From Cenococcum geophilum (Eukaryota): a stretch of DNA of 64,000 nt. The notes below the pieces were generated by a model. It was not told the DNA's origin. It worked only from the letters and a program-made list of their open reading frames with translations, and ran no database searches. Below are positions 24,402 through 35,850 of this stretch, piece by piece. The translations under genes and the position numbers were made by a program. Location: assembly GCA_050273025.1 (NCBI GenBank), contig CP158636.1, positions 4,030,001-4,094,000 of the forward strand, given 5' to 3'. Each line of letters begins with the position of its first letter. Positions within the stretch are counted from its first letter, which is position 1.

Positions 24402-27400
24402 TATTACGGACGCTTTAAGTATAATATTACGACTACTTAGAGAAGAGTCGGAAGAAGCTAGTTAGTTAATAAGAGCACGGTCTAGTATAGAGCCGGTGGA
24501 ACTATATAATAAAGAGTAGTAAGTAAGTTATATAATATTATACGTAGTATACGCAGTGTATAAACGGAACGTACGTATAATATATATAATACGTACCCTA
24601 CGTACAAGGATAGTTTCTTAGGAGTATAGATATATATTTAAAGGACCATAGTCCCTACCTAGATAGTTCCTTTCCTTATAGTAATTCTTAGAATACAATT
24701 AGAGTTAATTTGTTAGGCAACCACTTTACTAGTTATTATTACGTTATTAACTTTCTGCATTACTTACACACCTAGCCTATTAATAAGTCCACCGTAGTTC
24801 TTACTATAAGGCTTTGTTATACAATTACTACCTAGTTACAGTATTAGAAGTTAAACAATATACCACTAAAAGCAGCTATAACGACGCCATTAACGGCAGC
24901 AACGACCTTAGGGTTAGGTAACGACACTAGTATAATAGATACTAACTTATAACTAGTTACAGTCGGACAGTTATAGGTAATAGTTAATTAGTTAATAGAT
25001 AATAATAAGGTACTTAAAAATAGGGTTAATAGAATAGGAGCAGCTAAGGTTAAGTTACCTTTAATTAAACGATTTTTAGGAAAGAGATTAAAGCTTAAAG
25101 GATTCCTTACGTAAATACACTTTAAAGTTATATAGGAAGGAGTAAAGCTAGCAACACCTATAGATTAAGTAGCGTACGTAGGATTATTCCTAACGGGAAG
25201 GGCGCTTAAATAGTTTAAACCCTACCTTATAGAAATATAGGATAATAGTATAATAACCACCAATTAGGAAGTATAATATATATTTATAAGCTAAACTAAA
25301 TCCGCGGAATAATTAACACAAATATTTAGGGACCCGGAAGTAACAACTATAGTGGGGGAAAAGCTTTAGGACCTAACACAGCGAACCTTAGCAATTAAGT
25401 ATATAACGCAGTTTTAGACGTTAGCTATATAAATTAAATAGAATAATAAGGCGCTTATAGCATAGTACAAATAGGGACTTAAGGTAAAAGTCTAGGACGT
25501 AATTATTTTAGTAGAAGATGCGGACACCCTTAGGAATTTAATAGATTAAGCGATTAAGATTAATAATAGAATCTTCTAAAGGGAATAGGCTAAGAGAGGC
25601 TAGGATAGAGTTCTATAGTTATATAAGGCGTAAAGTACGCAATAACTAAAGCTAAATTAGAAACTATAATATGGCGCAGAGCTAATAGACCTAAGTAGTA
25701 CCAAAGAAACCTATAAAAGATAGAGAAAATAACTATAAAAACCTAAAAGTTAAGAATTAAGTAATTATAGGACTAAGGAGTATAGGCTAAACTAAGGATC
25801 TTAATAGCAGAAGACGTTTAAGCGGACTCTATAGCAAAAGCAATGGTTTAAAGACGGAGCTTATATAAATTATAAAAAATAGGGTTATTTTGCCAGAGAC
25901 TATAGAAGTGGTTAAAGTCACTACGCGGTAAAGGGGATTAGACTAATAGTATGTAACACATACGTATAGAGGGGTAATAGTATACTACAAGAAACAAAAG
26001 AGTGTTTAATTAAAAGTTTTATGTTTTGTTACAATAACGTATACTAAATTTATAAAGACGTTAAGTATGGTATAAGCTATTAGCTATAAAAGCTAGAGTT
26101 AAGAGGACTTAAAGGAATTATAGAGTTAGATAAAGAATAAGATTAACTCTATAAGCTAAATTAGGATATTACAGCAACATACGGACAAATATTAGTAATA
26201 ATAATAATAAAGTTGGAGTACTTATTAATTAGTAGCAATAAGGGAAAGAAAGAAACTAACTAGGGGTATCTAGACCTTAATAACGCAATAAAAGTAGAGG
26301 TTAAATTAGTAATAAAGACTAACGTAATAATAGGGATTAAGACTCTATTAGATATAATGTCTATCGCTTTATAAGATAGAAGAAGTAATATCTAGAGACG
26401 ATTAAGCAAGCAAATAACTGCTAGTGCTAGCTTACTTCTTAATAAAGGCAAAAAGCTAAAGGTTTAAGATTCTTAAGATAAGATAAAAAACGACTAAGAT
26501 TCTTAAAATAAGATAAGGCACGCTTAAGAACCTATAATAGACGATAACTAATAGAGCAGAGCAATAGCTTAGTTTAGTAATATATAAATAAGCTTAGGAC
26601 GAAGTTTCCTAAAGGCATAAAACTCTTAAAGTAAGATAAGTAAGATTTAAGACTCTTAAAACGAGATAAGAATATTAGTAAAGCCTAGTTAAACTAAGGC
26701 TAGAGTATAGCTTAAGAAAAAAGCGAGCTTAGGATTATAGAATCTAAGGGACTAAGAATTCGGAGTATAAATAAGGACACCTATAAGCAAGAGGTAAGAG
26801 GCTTCTTTATAGATTAGAAAATCTGCAGTATAAATAGCAAATAGACTAGGAGACAGATATATAGACCTAGAAGACTTAGTAGTAAAACATAATATTTAGA
26901 CTAAAGATTAAAAAACTAATACTATAATTAAGAAATAAGAAGACTTTAAAAATCTACTTACAAGGCGAGCAGTTAAAGAGATAATAGATAAATTTAGGGC
27001 AAGAATTATCGCATAGTAGGAAAAGAAACTAGACATAAAATCTAGTATATTAGGTCGTATATAAGACAGAGTATTAGTACAAAGAATTACTAATAGGCTA
27101 AAAGCAGGCACGCCAAAAGCTAAATAGCTTACTAAATTAGAAAATAAAGAGGATCTAGGGATTCTAACTAGGTTTAAGGAACGGCATATAAAAGGCTATT
27201 ACAACATAGTAATAAAAAGATACTTCCTTACGGATAAGCTATATACACTCTAATAGCTATACTAAAGGTAGTATAGGTAAAGACATAATAATAAGTAGGA
27301 AGATTTCTATATATAGTTAAACAAGAAAGGCATCCAAGACCACCTAATTATAGAAAAAGCAATAAATTATATTAAGGGAGCCTTAATTATAATATTAAAG

Positions 27401-28811
27401 GATCTAAAGGAATGATTAGAGGACTAAAAAAGTAAAAGATATATCTTAGTACCTGCAAATAAAGTTATAACGTTTAGATTAACATAATAGAGGTTTAAAC
27501 TTAAGGATAAAAATAAGTTAAGAGTTAACCTAAAGCACCTAGCGTACTATATATTGGTATAGATTATATATATAGATAATATATACAATATCATTAGGAA
27601 ATTTTTTTTCGGGCTCGTTGTTGCAGTTTGCGGCAATTTGCGGCAAACTGTACGGTCGCGGCAGTCGTATATGGTCTTGTGTGGTTTACGCATTTTGCGG
27701 TAAACTATATAGAGCCTGCGTATTTTATAGCAACTTATAGTAAACTGCACAGAGCCTACGCATTTTATAGTAACTTGTAGCAAACGCACAGAGCCTGTAT
27801 ATTTTACACGTTTTGTATATTTTATATATTTTATATATTTTATACATTTTGCATATTTTATACATTTTATATTTTATATATTTTATATTCCTATATAACT
27901 ATATAAAATGTAAAGCTATTTATTAAGTAATTAAGATAAGGGGGATACCCTTTACAAAGGCTCTAAATTATTAATTGGTGGTATTCCTAACAATCTGCTG
28001 GCTGTATACCGATTTCCTAACTAGGCCTAGTGCCTGCCTGCCTGCCTACCTACCTATCTATCTGTCTGTCTATACCTACCTATATCTACCTGCCTATGCC
28101 TACTGTCTATGCCTACTATCTGTGCCTACCTGTCTGTGCCTACTGTTTGTGCCTACCTGTCTGTACCTACCTATCTGTGCTATCTGTCTATGCCTACCTG
28201 TCTATACCTACCGTCTGTGCCTACCGTCTGTGCCTCCTATCTATGCTACTGTTTATGCCTACCTGTCTGTAATTTGGGGGAAAGGTCGGCCCGATTGAAG
28301 GCTCCGCCTGATTTGATTGATCGATTAATTGTATTAATTTGAATCGTTCTCTACGGCCGTTTGCTGGCTGTATATTCGAACGGTGGTTGTCTGGCTCTGG
28401 CGACAGTCGACGGTCATCTAATTCTGGCGACGGTCCTTAGCTGGCTGCTGTTCTGGTGCCTCCCTAGGTAGGGAGGATATAAGGAAGAAAGGGTAAAAAA
28501 TAAGGTGGCTACCTAGGTATATAGATAAGGGGTTAACTCAGTATGCTTAGACCAAGAAATAGATGAATATCCACTACGCGGATAATCGAATATCCGTAAG
28601 CTAACCTATTTGATTGATCCATCTGTTTCTTAGTTTAAGCCACTTTGGTAAGCTTTTAGAAGCCAAGCCGGTCTATTTATATGAGGTAAACCATTAACTT
28701 TAACGAAATTAATGTAAGTAACCGCCACATCTATTATCCTATTAATACCTATATTAGGATTGCCTTAATCAGCTCTCTAATTAATGGATTTTTTAGAACC
28801 AACTGCTAGCC

Positions 28812-31592
28812 ATGGGCGCATCTAAAAGGCGTCAAAGAAACCCCTTTATTTCGTCTAGCAGGAGCCAGTCTTCTTAAGCTTTTAATAATAAACTACCCTT
28901 TCTATTAACTAATACCGCTGGAGGATTAAGAGATATAGCGGATATAGTGCCCGAGGGCATCAGCCGTCTTGTCCTACCCCCATTATCTCCCCTATCGTCT
29001 CCCCCATTATCTCCCCCATCGCTATCTGTAGCTTAATGGCGGTCCTTAATAGCCCACTCACTACTGCCAAACTATATAGATCCCTAAGAGGATAAAGAAG
29101 TAGGAGTTAATAAAATACCTATAATATCCGCAATATCCGCTGAGAAGATATCCGCTGTAGAGAAGGTCTGGGTAATTGTTGACTATCTTAGGCTATAGCG
29201 GATATCTATAGGAGACCTAGCGCTTAAATAGATTATAATAGCTGAAGGTTTACGCAAGGCACTAAAGAAAAAAAGAGTAAGAGAGCTCCTTAATAAACTC
29301 CTAGAGGATGCTAATATCCTAGATATCTATACTAAAGAGATGGAGAAGCGTGGTATAGTGGGTGCTAGTGTTGCTCTTACTATTTAGGGAGAGCTTAAAG
29401 AGCTAAGGGAGAAAGAGTCACTATTTGGCAGCTTTAACTAATATGCGGATATTAAGCAGCTTAACCTTAGGTAGTACTATTAAGCCGTAAAGACTTACGC
29501 ACCTATACTAGAGTATGTAATTATAGCATATTAAGAGGGTTAATGTAAATGTTCTCCATATAAAGGCTGTGCGGTTTTAATAGCTTCTATGCTTATATTT
29601 AGCCTTTTATAAAACTCCGCAAACTATATCCCACAGCTGCTAGGGATATATCTCTAAGCTAATGGCGTTAAGCGCCGCGTGCTTTCTGTGCTCTATGGGC
29701 TTGGATTAATTGATAGTTATACTACTTTAAACTAGCAGAAGGAGCGGATAGCCTAGGAATTAAGGTTTAGCCTATAATCTCCGCGGTGTAGGTATATACT
29801 AACCTATATATAGGTGAAAATCCGCTTAATGGGTGCAGCTTCTAATACTATTATTATCTATAATAACTTTAACTACCTTTAACGAGTTCAGTATTAAACA
29901 CTTAGGGATACTGGGACGTTTTATTCGCGTATAACTAGCAAGTTTATCTTTGGTGTAAGTATACCTAATAGTAGGCTTTAACAGAGTATGCTTTATATAG
30001 ATATTCTAATTAAGTTCTTAGATATTGTAGAGGCTCTAGGTAATTTACAAGACGAGATATAGAAGTAGATCTCGACAGCTTTAATTTATAAAGCTATTAT
30101 AGAGGCGTACCTAGGCCTTAATATATTACTTAGCAAAAACCTGTGGTTTAAACATCCACGTATGCCTTCTATTAATATAATACCCGCTGTATGGACGTCT
30201 AGGTTTAACCTAGGACCTATTATAACTAGAGAGGCTTTTATATCTAAAACCTATAAGGTACTAGACGACATTTTTCTTTATTAAATAAATTTATAACGCA
30301 CTAATAAAGTATTTAAGGAGCGACTGTTTCTGATCTATGGTAATCAAAAGACTGTAAAGCTTATTCGGTTATGTTAGGGAGAACGTACTAAGTTAATATC
30401 CGCCTATAATAGCCTGTGTTAGGCTCTGCCTATTCTAGCTCTTTGGCACCTAAAGCTAAACTACCTATATATGGTTATACGGTATCACTATGGTGGCAAG
30501 TAATTAGCCTAAGAGTACTCTACGCTGTATACCTATATAAACCACCTAGGTTAAAGAAATATCCCAGCTAAGCGCGCGCTGTTTTATTATATGGAGGAGC
30601 TAATTCTCTATAGCTTCGACGCTCGTATCATAGCGTTACTCCATACTTAGATTAAGGAGTCTTATAACATTAAGTCGCCTATAAATATCAAGCGGTACCT
30701 TAAAAGCCTATCTCCGCAACGTCTATTAGCAATAGTTAAGGATATCCGCATAGCGGTTTTCGGTTAGGAAGTCTCTCAGGCGGCTAACTATGCCAGCTAG
30801 CCTGCGGAACCACAACAAAAGGGTCACCTTAAGTAGGCTGGCAGTGCTGCATCCTTACAAATACTTTCTAAGCCTGCTGATACAGAGTTTCTAACGCACG
30901 TCCGCTTTTTACAACTGGTAGAGACGTACAAGGTCCTTAAGCACGCCATTAAGCTTACGGATATTGGCCTACTTAGCCGCGTGCTCCCCCACATTTATAT
31001 CTATTTTATAGGTAGTCAAAACAAGAACTATCTACCAGAGATATTACATTTTTTCTAGTTAACTTTAATAGATGCTTGTTCCCCTAAGCTCTAGTAAGCT
31101 ATCCTAGTAAATAGTCTAGTGAATATCCGCGGCGAATAGGATAGTTACTACCCGATAGATCTTGATAATGAGCTACTTAATAGGGAGCTAAAGCAGCTTA
31201 TGCATACTTGTGGCAATTCGATATTTAACCTAAACTTACTCTTCTGCTAGAGCATTTATATAACTAATTATATAGGGCCACTATGTGTAAAGTTTAAGAT
31301 CACGTTCGGCGAACGGATGTCTACTTAATATACTGTTAAATCTCCTACAGCGGATATTTAATTGCTTGCTAATGCGATTGCCGAAGGTTCTATTATCCGC
31401 CGTTAGGCACAGCGAGCAAAGATAGAAGCGCCGCCTCTACTATAACTAGGTATTAAACGACTTAATTAATCTGCCCTTAATGAGTTCAATTTACGGCTAG
31501 GCGGTAATTTTTCCGCCGTGTTTAATAAGCTTAATCTCTATAACGATGATAATAAGCTAGATAGCTTCGTACTTCCTACTAACTTTGCTTAA
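28812..31592 (+). pseudogene. Academ-type (DUF6589-like) DDE transposase, RIP-degraded, with an intron at about 29765-29812
   Basis: De-RIP motifs: LGIYLQANGVKRRVLSVLHGLG, IIIYDNFNY, LIYGDQKT, PIPALWHLKLNYL, FHHMEELILHSFDARI, LKHAIK..DIG, G.QNKNY..E and NSLVNIRG..DS.YPIDLDNELLN.ELK. Confidence 0.75.
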
Positions 31593-31719
31593 ACCTAGCT
31601 TTAACCTGCGTATAAGTTGCTCGATAAGTAATACAAGATATTAGCTATAAGCTATTACTACAACCGTTTAATATCCGCTATAGTTAGTAGCACTAGTATA
31701 TATTCCTAAGTAATTAATA

Positions 31720-34555
31720 ATATTAATTAATTAATCTATTTAGTTCCTAGGCCGCGCTTACTAGGGGTGTAGGGTATAAGGGGAAGGGGGGGCGTTATCC
31801 TAATAGATATTAGCTACTATAGTTATAATATCCACTTAGCGGATATAAGGTAAACTTACCTAGTATTAGCTAACCCCGCCTAATATTAACTAACCTCGCC
31901 TAATATTAGCCCGCTATATACTAATTAGCGTTGCCGTTAATTTCCTATAGTGCTCTTCGCATATATTTGCCTCTATTTAATCACGCTAACCGCCTTTATA
32001 GTACTAATAAAGACGTATCTAACTAGCGGGTTGCTAGCGGTATAGATATATCTAACGGCTGGTATAAGGGTAATAATAGAGGAGTAGGAGCTAGAGACCT
32101 AAGAGTTGGCGAAGGTATAGGTATATCCTCTTCCTAAGTTATTAGTAAGAGGTCTATGGCTAACTGTTAACTAGCCTATAATATATTAGCGCTATAGTGA
32201 GGCGCTAATTGCCACGGCGTTAATATTTTAAATCTCCTATCTAAAACCTGCGAAGCCCGTATAAGAGCCTATAATAAGCGCTTATCCGTAGCAGCGTGCT
32301 ACTCTAACGCTTGGGAAAACCGCTCTAATATCTATATAATTAACCCAAAAGAACCTAAGAGTTGCCCTATTTCTTTCTGTTTCTACTTTTATTCTTTATC
32401 TGCTAAAAGCTTAATAAGGGACGAAAGCTCCTTACTAAGGATATTAGGATCCCACTTAGGCATTGCTTGCCTTAATAATGCCATATCTAGAACCTACCCT
32501 ATATTATAGAGGCGATAAAGCTACTTATCTGGTATAACATAATTAACTATAGGCGTTTATAATATATCCTAATACCTAGCCTCCGCCTATTGCGTAAACC
32601 ACTTCTATATATTGCTTAATATAGGCTCCCGGCAGGTTTTTGTAATATCCGCACTATAGCTAGTGCGGATATTGTACTCGCAATCCATAAATATTACTAG
32701 GTTGCAGTTACTGTAACATAAGTCTTTACTAACAGTAGACTGTGGGTCTCTATAGTATATAAGTTATATTGCTTGTAAGCATACCTAATCCTTATTAACT
32801 AGCCGCTATAGGGTAAACGGCAGTTTACTACGTAACTGCGTATTAGTTAACCGCTTCTTTAGGCGTAGGGTCGGTACAATAAGCTCTTTAGGTAGGCGTA
32901 TTGTAGAACTACTAGGGCTTAACCTATACCCGCTTCTTATATCTACCAACTACTTAGTACTAACTGACGCTATAGATAAAGCATCGCCCGTAATATCCGC
33001 AGTCTCTGCGTTTTGTCGCCCGCGGATATTATTGCGTAGCGCGCTTACGCGAAGATCGCCTATATACTAAGGTTGTATATGCTTAGAACCACCTAATTTA
33101 TCGTAAGGACCCCACCAGCGGCTCTTAACCATAAAGATTGCTTCGCCTAAGAGGCCTTCTTCTCGGCCTACCTAGCCAAACCGCTGTGCCAGTATATTAT
33201 AGGATTTGTGGCGAGGCATTCTATATTAAATTAAACAGTAGATATCCAGGACATCTATACCGTGTGCTACTACATCTAATATAACAAAAATTTAAATTTG
33301 AGACGTTGGGCGCGCGTATTTGGCGTATAAGCGGTCTTTATTAATATCCGTAAGCGTTACGTAGTAGCTCTACACCGCTTCTCTAGTAACAATAGCATTA
33401 TAGCCGCGATGGATTAACTAGCTGCAAATAGTATTATAATAGGCAGCTATCCACTCCTTAGAATTAAAGAAGATGATCGTCTTTAGAATTAGCTAAAGTT
33501 AATTAAACTGTTAGCGGTATGTTTGCTATACGGATATTAAGCAGCTTCTTAATTGCTCGCCTTCTCCTTAGTTACTATTACTAGTAGTATACAAATACAC
33601 TAGAGCAGCAGCAATAGTAAAGTAAAGAGCTTAAAAGTCCTTCTTCTCTAGCGCGGTTATAACCCTCTATATAATCTTTAGCTCCGGCCAATTAATTAGG
33701 GTTTTAATAACTTATATATTAGGTTTAAACCTAGCTAGCTTATATATAGTCCGAAACGTAGATAGGTCTAGTATTGCGGTATATATAAACTAAGGCTTAT
33801 TAACTAAGACTAAACGTATTTTAAAGAGTTGTGTATACGCTATACGGAAGGTCTCTCCCTAATTAGCAAGTAGGTATACTTTATTAACCACTATAAGGGC
33901 AACATGGGAACAAAATATCGGGTCTATTAGAACCTTATATAGCTTATTACTAACCAAAAGCTTTAGGGAGATAAGGATATATATATAGCTGCCCGTGCGG
34001 ATATCCTTAATTAGCTTAGCGGATATTGTTTTCTCCTATATATAAACAGGTCGAATATAAGGTAGCTTTGTAATCTTTTTTACTTGCTCTAACCCAATTG
34101 CGTTAAGTAGAAGAACAATAATAATAACTGCATTAGGTATAAGATATAGTAGTGCTTATATTATTATACTCTTACTAAAAGACGTCTTTGCCATAAGTAT
34201 AAGATCTCGCCGCTTAAATATCAGCACCCTTAGGGCCTCGAGCTGCTCCATATAACCGCGGTATAGATATATCTCCGCAATAGCTTTATCTAGCTTACTT
34301 ATTTAAAGTTTATAAGAGCTGCTTATAAGCTAAGGTAGCTCCCTCCGCAGGCTATATAGCCGTAGAGACCGCTAGGGATCTATTTTAATATAATCCCCAG
34401 CCTATTACGTACTGCTAGCTTATTAATCTGCTTAACTAGCTTATAGTTTACAACCTCTTTACCTTATTTACTTTAATAGAGGCATTAGTAGATAGCGCTT
34501 AAAAGTAGCAGAGGGAGAATAGAGGGTTGGATAAAGGTAGGGAGGACTTAAACAT
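31720..34555 (-). pseudogene. RecQ-like superfamily II helicase, RIP-degraded
   Basis: De-RIP motifs: QLEALRVLIF.RRDLILMAKTGFGKS (Walker A), YI.ISPE, VALIVVDEAHLLANWGETFR, CTATLD, ETSIDRPEL, TIIFFNS, GMDVPDI and QRFGRAGR, with a Cys-rich C-terminal segment. Both ends are approximate. Confidence 0.88.
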
Positions 34556-35037
34556 GTTGTAATAGATAGATCTTAATGGGTTTTAATTATTGGATTATGG
34601 ATATAATGGATGGAGAGTAGGTGGTTAAGATTAACGCGTTGTTAGTGTGGATATTACTGATTATTTACTTTGGTAAACCGCGTCACGGCTATTTTAAAAT
34701 TAATGTTAGGAACGGGAAGGCGGGGAGACTTCTTACGTAGACCATTTGATTCGCTGGAGCCTAGTATATAATTAATGGATTTTTTAAGCTGCCTAAACTT
34801 GTCGTAAGAATAAGAAGTGAATATCCGTAATATTAGCCATGCGGATATCGCGACGTGCTTTACAAACGTCGGCCAAAGTGTCTCAGACCACACAGGGACA
34901 GATGGCCTAAACTGGTTTAGTGCCATCGGGCCGGATTTATCCGGCGTCCCATGTGGTCTGAGCATGCTGAGACAAGATAAGGGGTACACTTGGCAGAGGC
35001 ACGTGTAGAGGCTATCGGGAATATAGCGGGGACCCGA

Positions 35038-35850
35038 TGCAGAGCTTCGTGTAGAGCCTCCGTATGTCGCGCAAAGCCTCGTGCAGAGCCTCTGTACGTA
35101 GAGCTTCGTGTAGAGCTTCGTGCAGAGCCTCGTGTAGAGCTTCGTGCAGAGCCTCGTACAGAGCCTCTATACGCAGAGCTTCGTATAGAGCTTCGTGCAG
35201 AGCTTCGTGCAGAGCTTCGTGTAGAGCCTCATGCAGAGCCTTGTGCAAAGCTTCGTGTAGAGCTTCGTGTAGAGCCTCGCGCAAAGCTTCGTGCAGAGCT
35301 TTGTGTAGAGCTTCGTGTAGAGCTTCGTGTAGAGCTTTATGCAAAGCTTCGTGCAGAGCTTCGTGTAGAGCTTCGTGCAGAGCCTCGTGTAGAGCTTCGT
35401 GTAGAGCTTTATGCAGAGCTTCGTGTAGAGCTTCGTATAGAGCTTCGTATAGAGCTTCGTGTAGAGCTTCGTGTAGAGCTTCGTGTAGAGCTTCGTGTAG
35501 AGCTTCGTGTAGAGCCTCGTGTAGAGCTTCGTGCAAAGCTTTGTGTAGAGCTTCGTGCAAAGCTTCGTGTAGAGCTTCGTGCAGAGCCTCGTGTAGAGCT
35601 TCGTGCAAAGCTTCGTGTAGAGCTTCGTGCAGAGCCTCGTGTAGAGCTTCGTGCAGAGCCTCGTACAGAGCCTCTATACGCAGAGCTTCGTATAGAGCTT
35701 CGTGCAGAGCTTCGTGCAGAGCTTCGTGCAGAGCTTCGTGTAGAGCTTTGTGCAGAGCCTCGTGCAGAGCTTCGTGCAGAGCTTCGTGTAGAGCTTTGTG
35801 CAGAGCTTCGTGCAGAGCTTTGTGTAGAGCTTCGTGTAGAGCTTTATAGT
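35038..35850. repeat. ~810-bp array of 12-bp units (gcagagcttcgt / gtagagcttcgt)
   Basis: Seen directly. It generates the repetitive ELRV/RASC/EALH ORFs in the track. Confidence 0.95.

Larger units (their letters stand above)
28534..34974. mobile_element. AcademH-like DNA transposon (transposase plus RecQ-like helicase, convergent), RIP-degraded
   Basis: 21-bp imperfect TIRs (TAACTCAGTATGCTTAGACCA / rc TGTCTCAGCATGCTCAGACCA). The flanking 11-bp direct repeat AGATAAGGGGT lies at 28523-33 and 34975-85. Two convergent pseudogenes are inside. Confidence 0.8.

Noticed and set aside
31720..34555. Telomere-linked RecQ helicase (TLH) or host SGS1
   Set aside because: It is bounded by TIRs and an 11-bp direct repeat together with a transposase-like ORF, and no TTAGGG arrays are visible.
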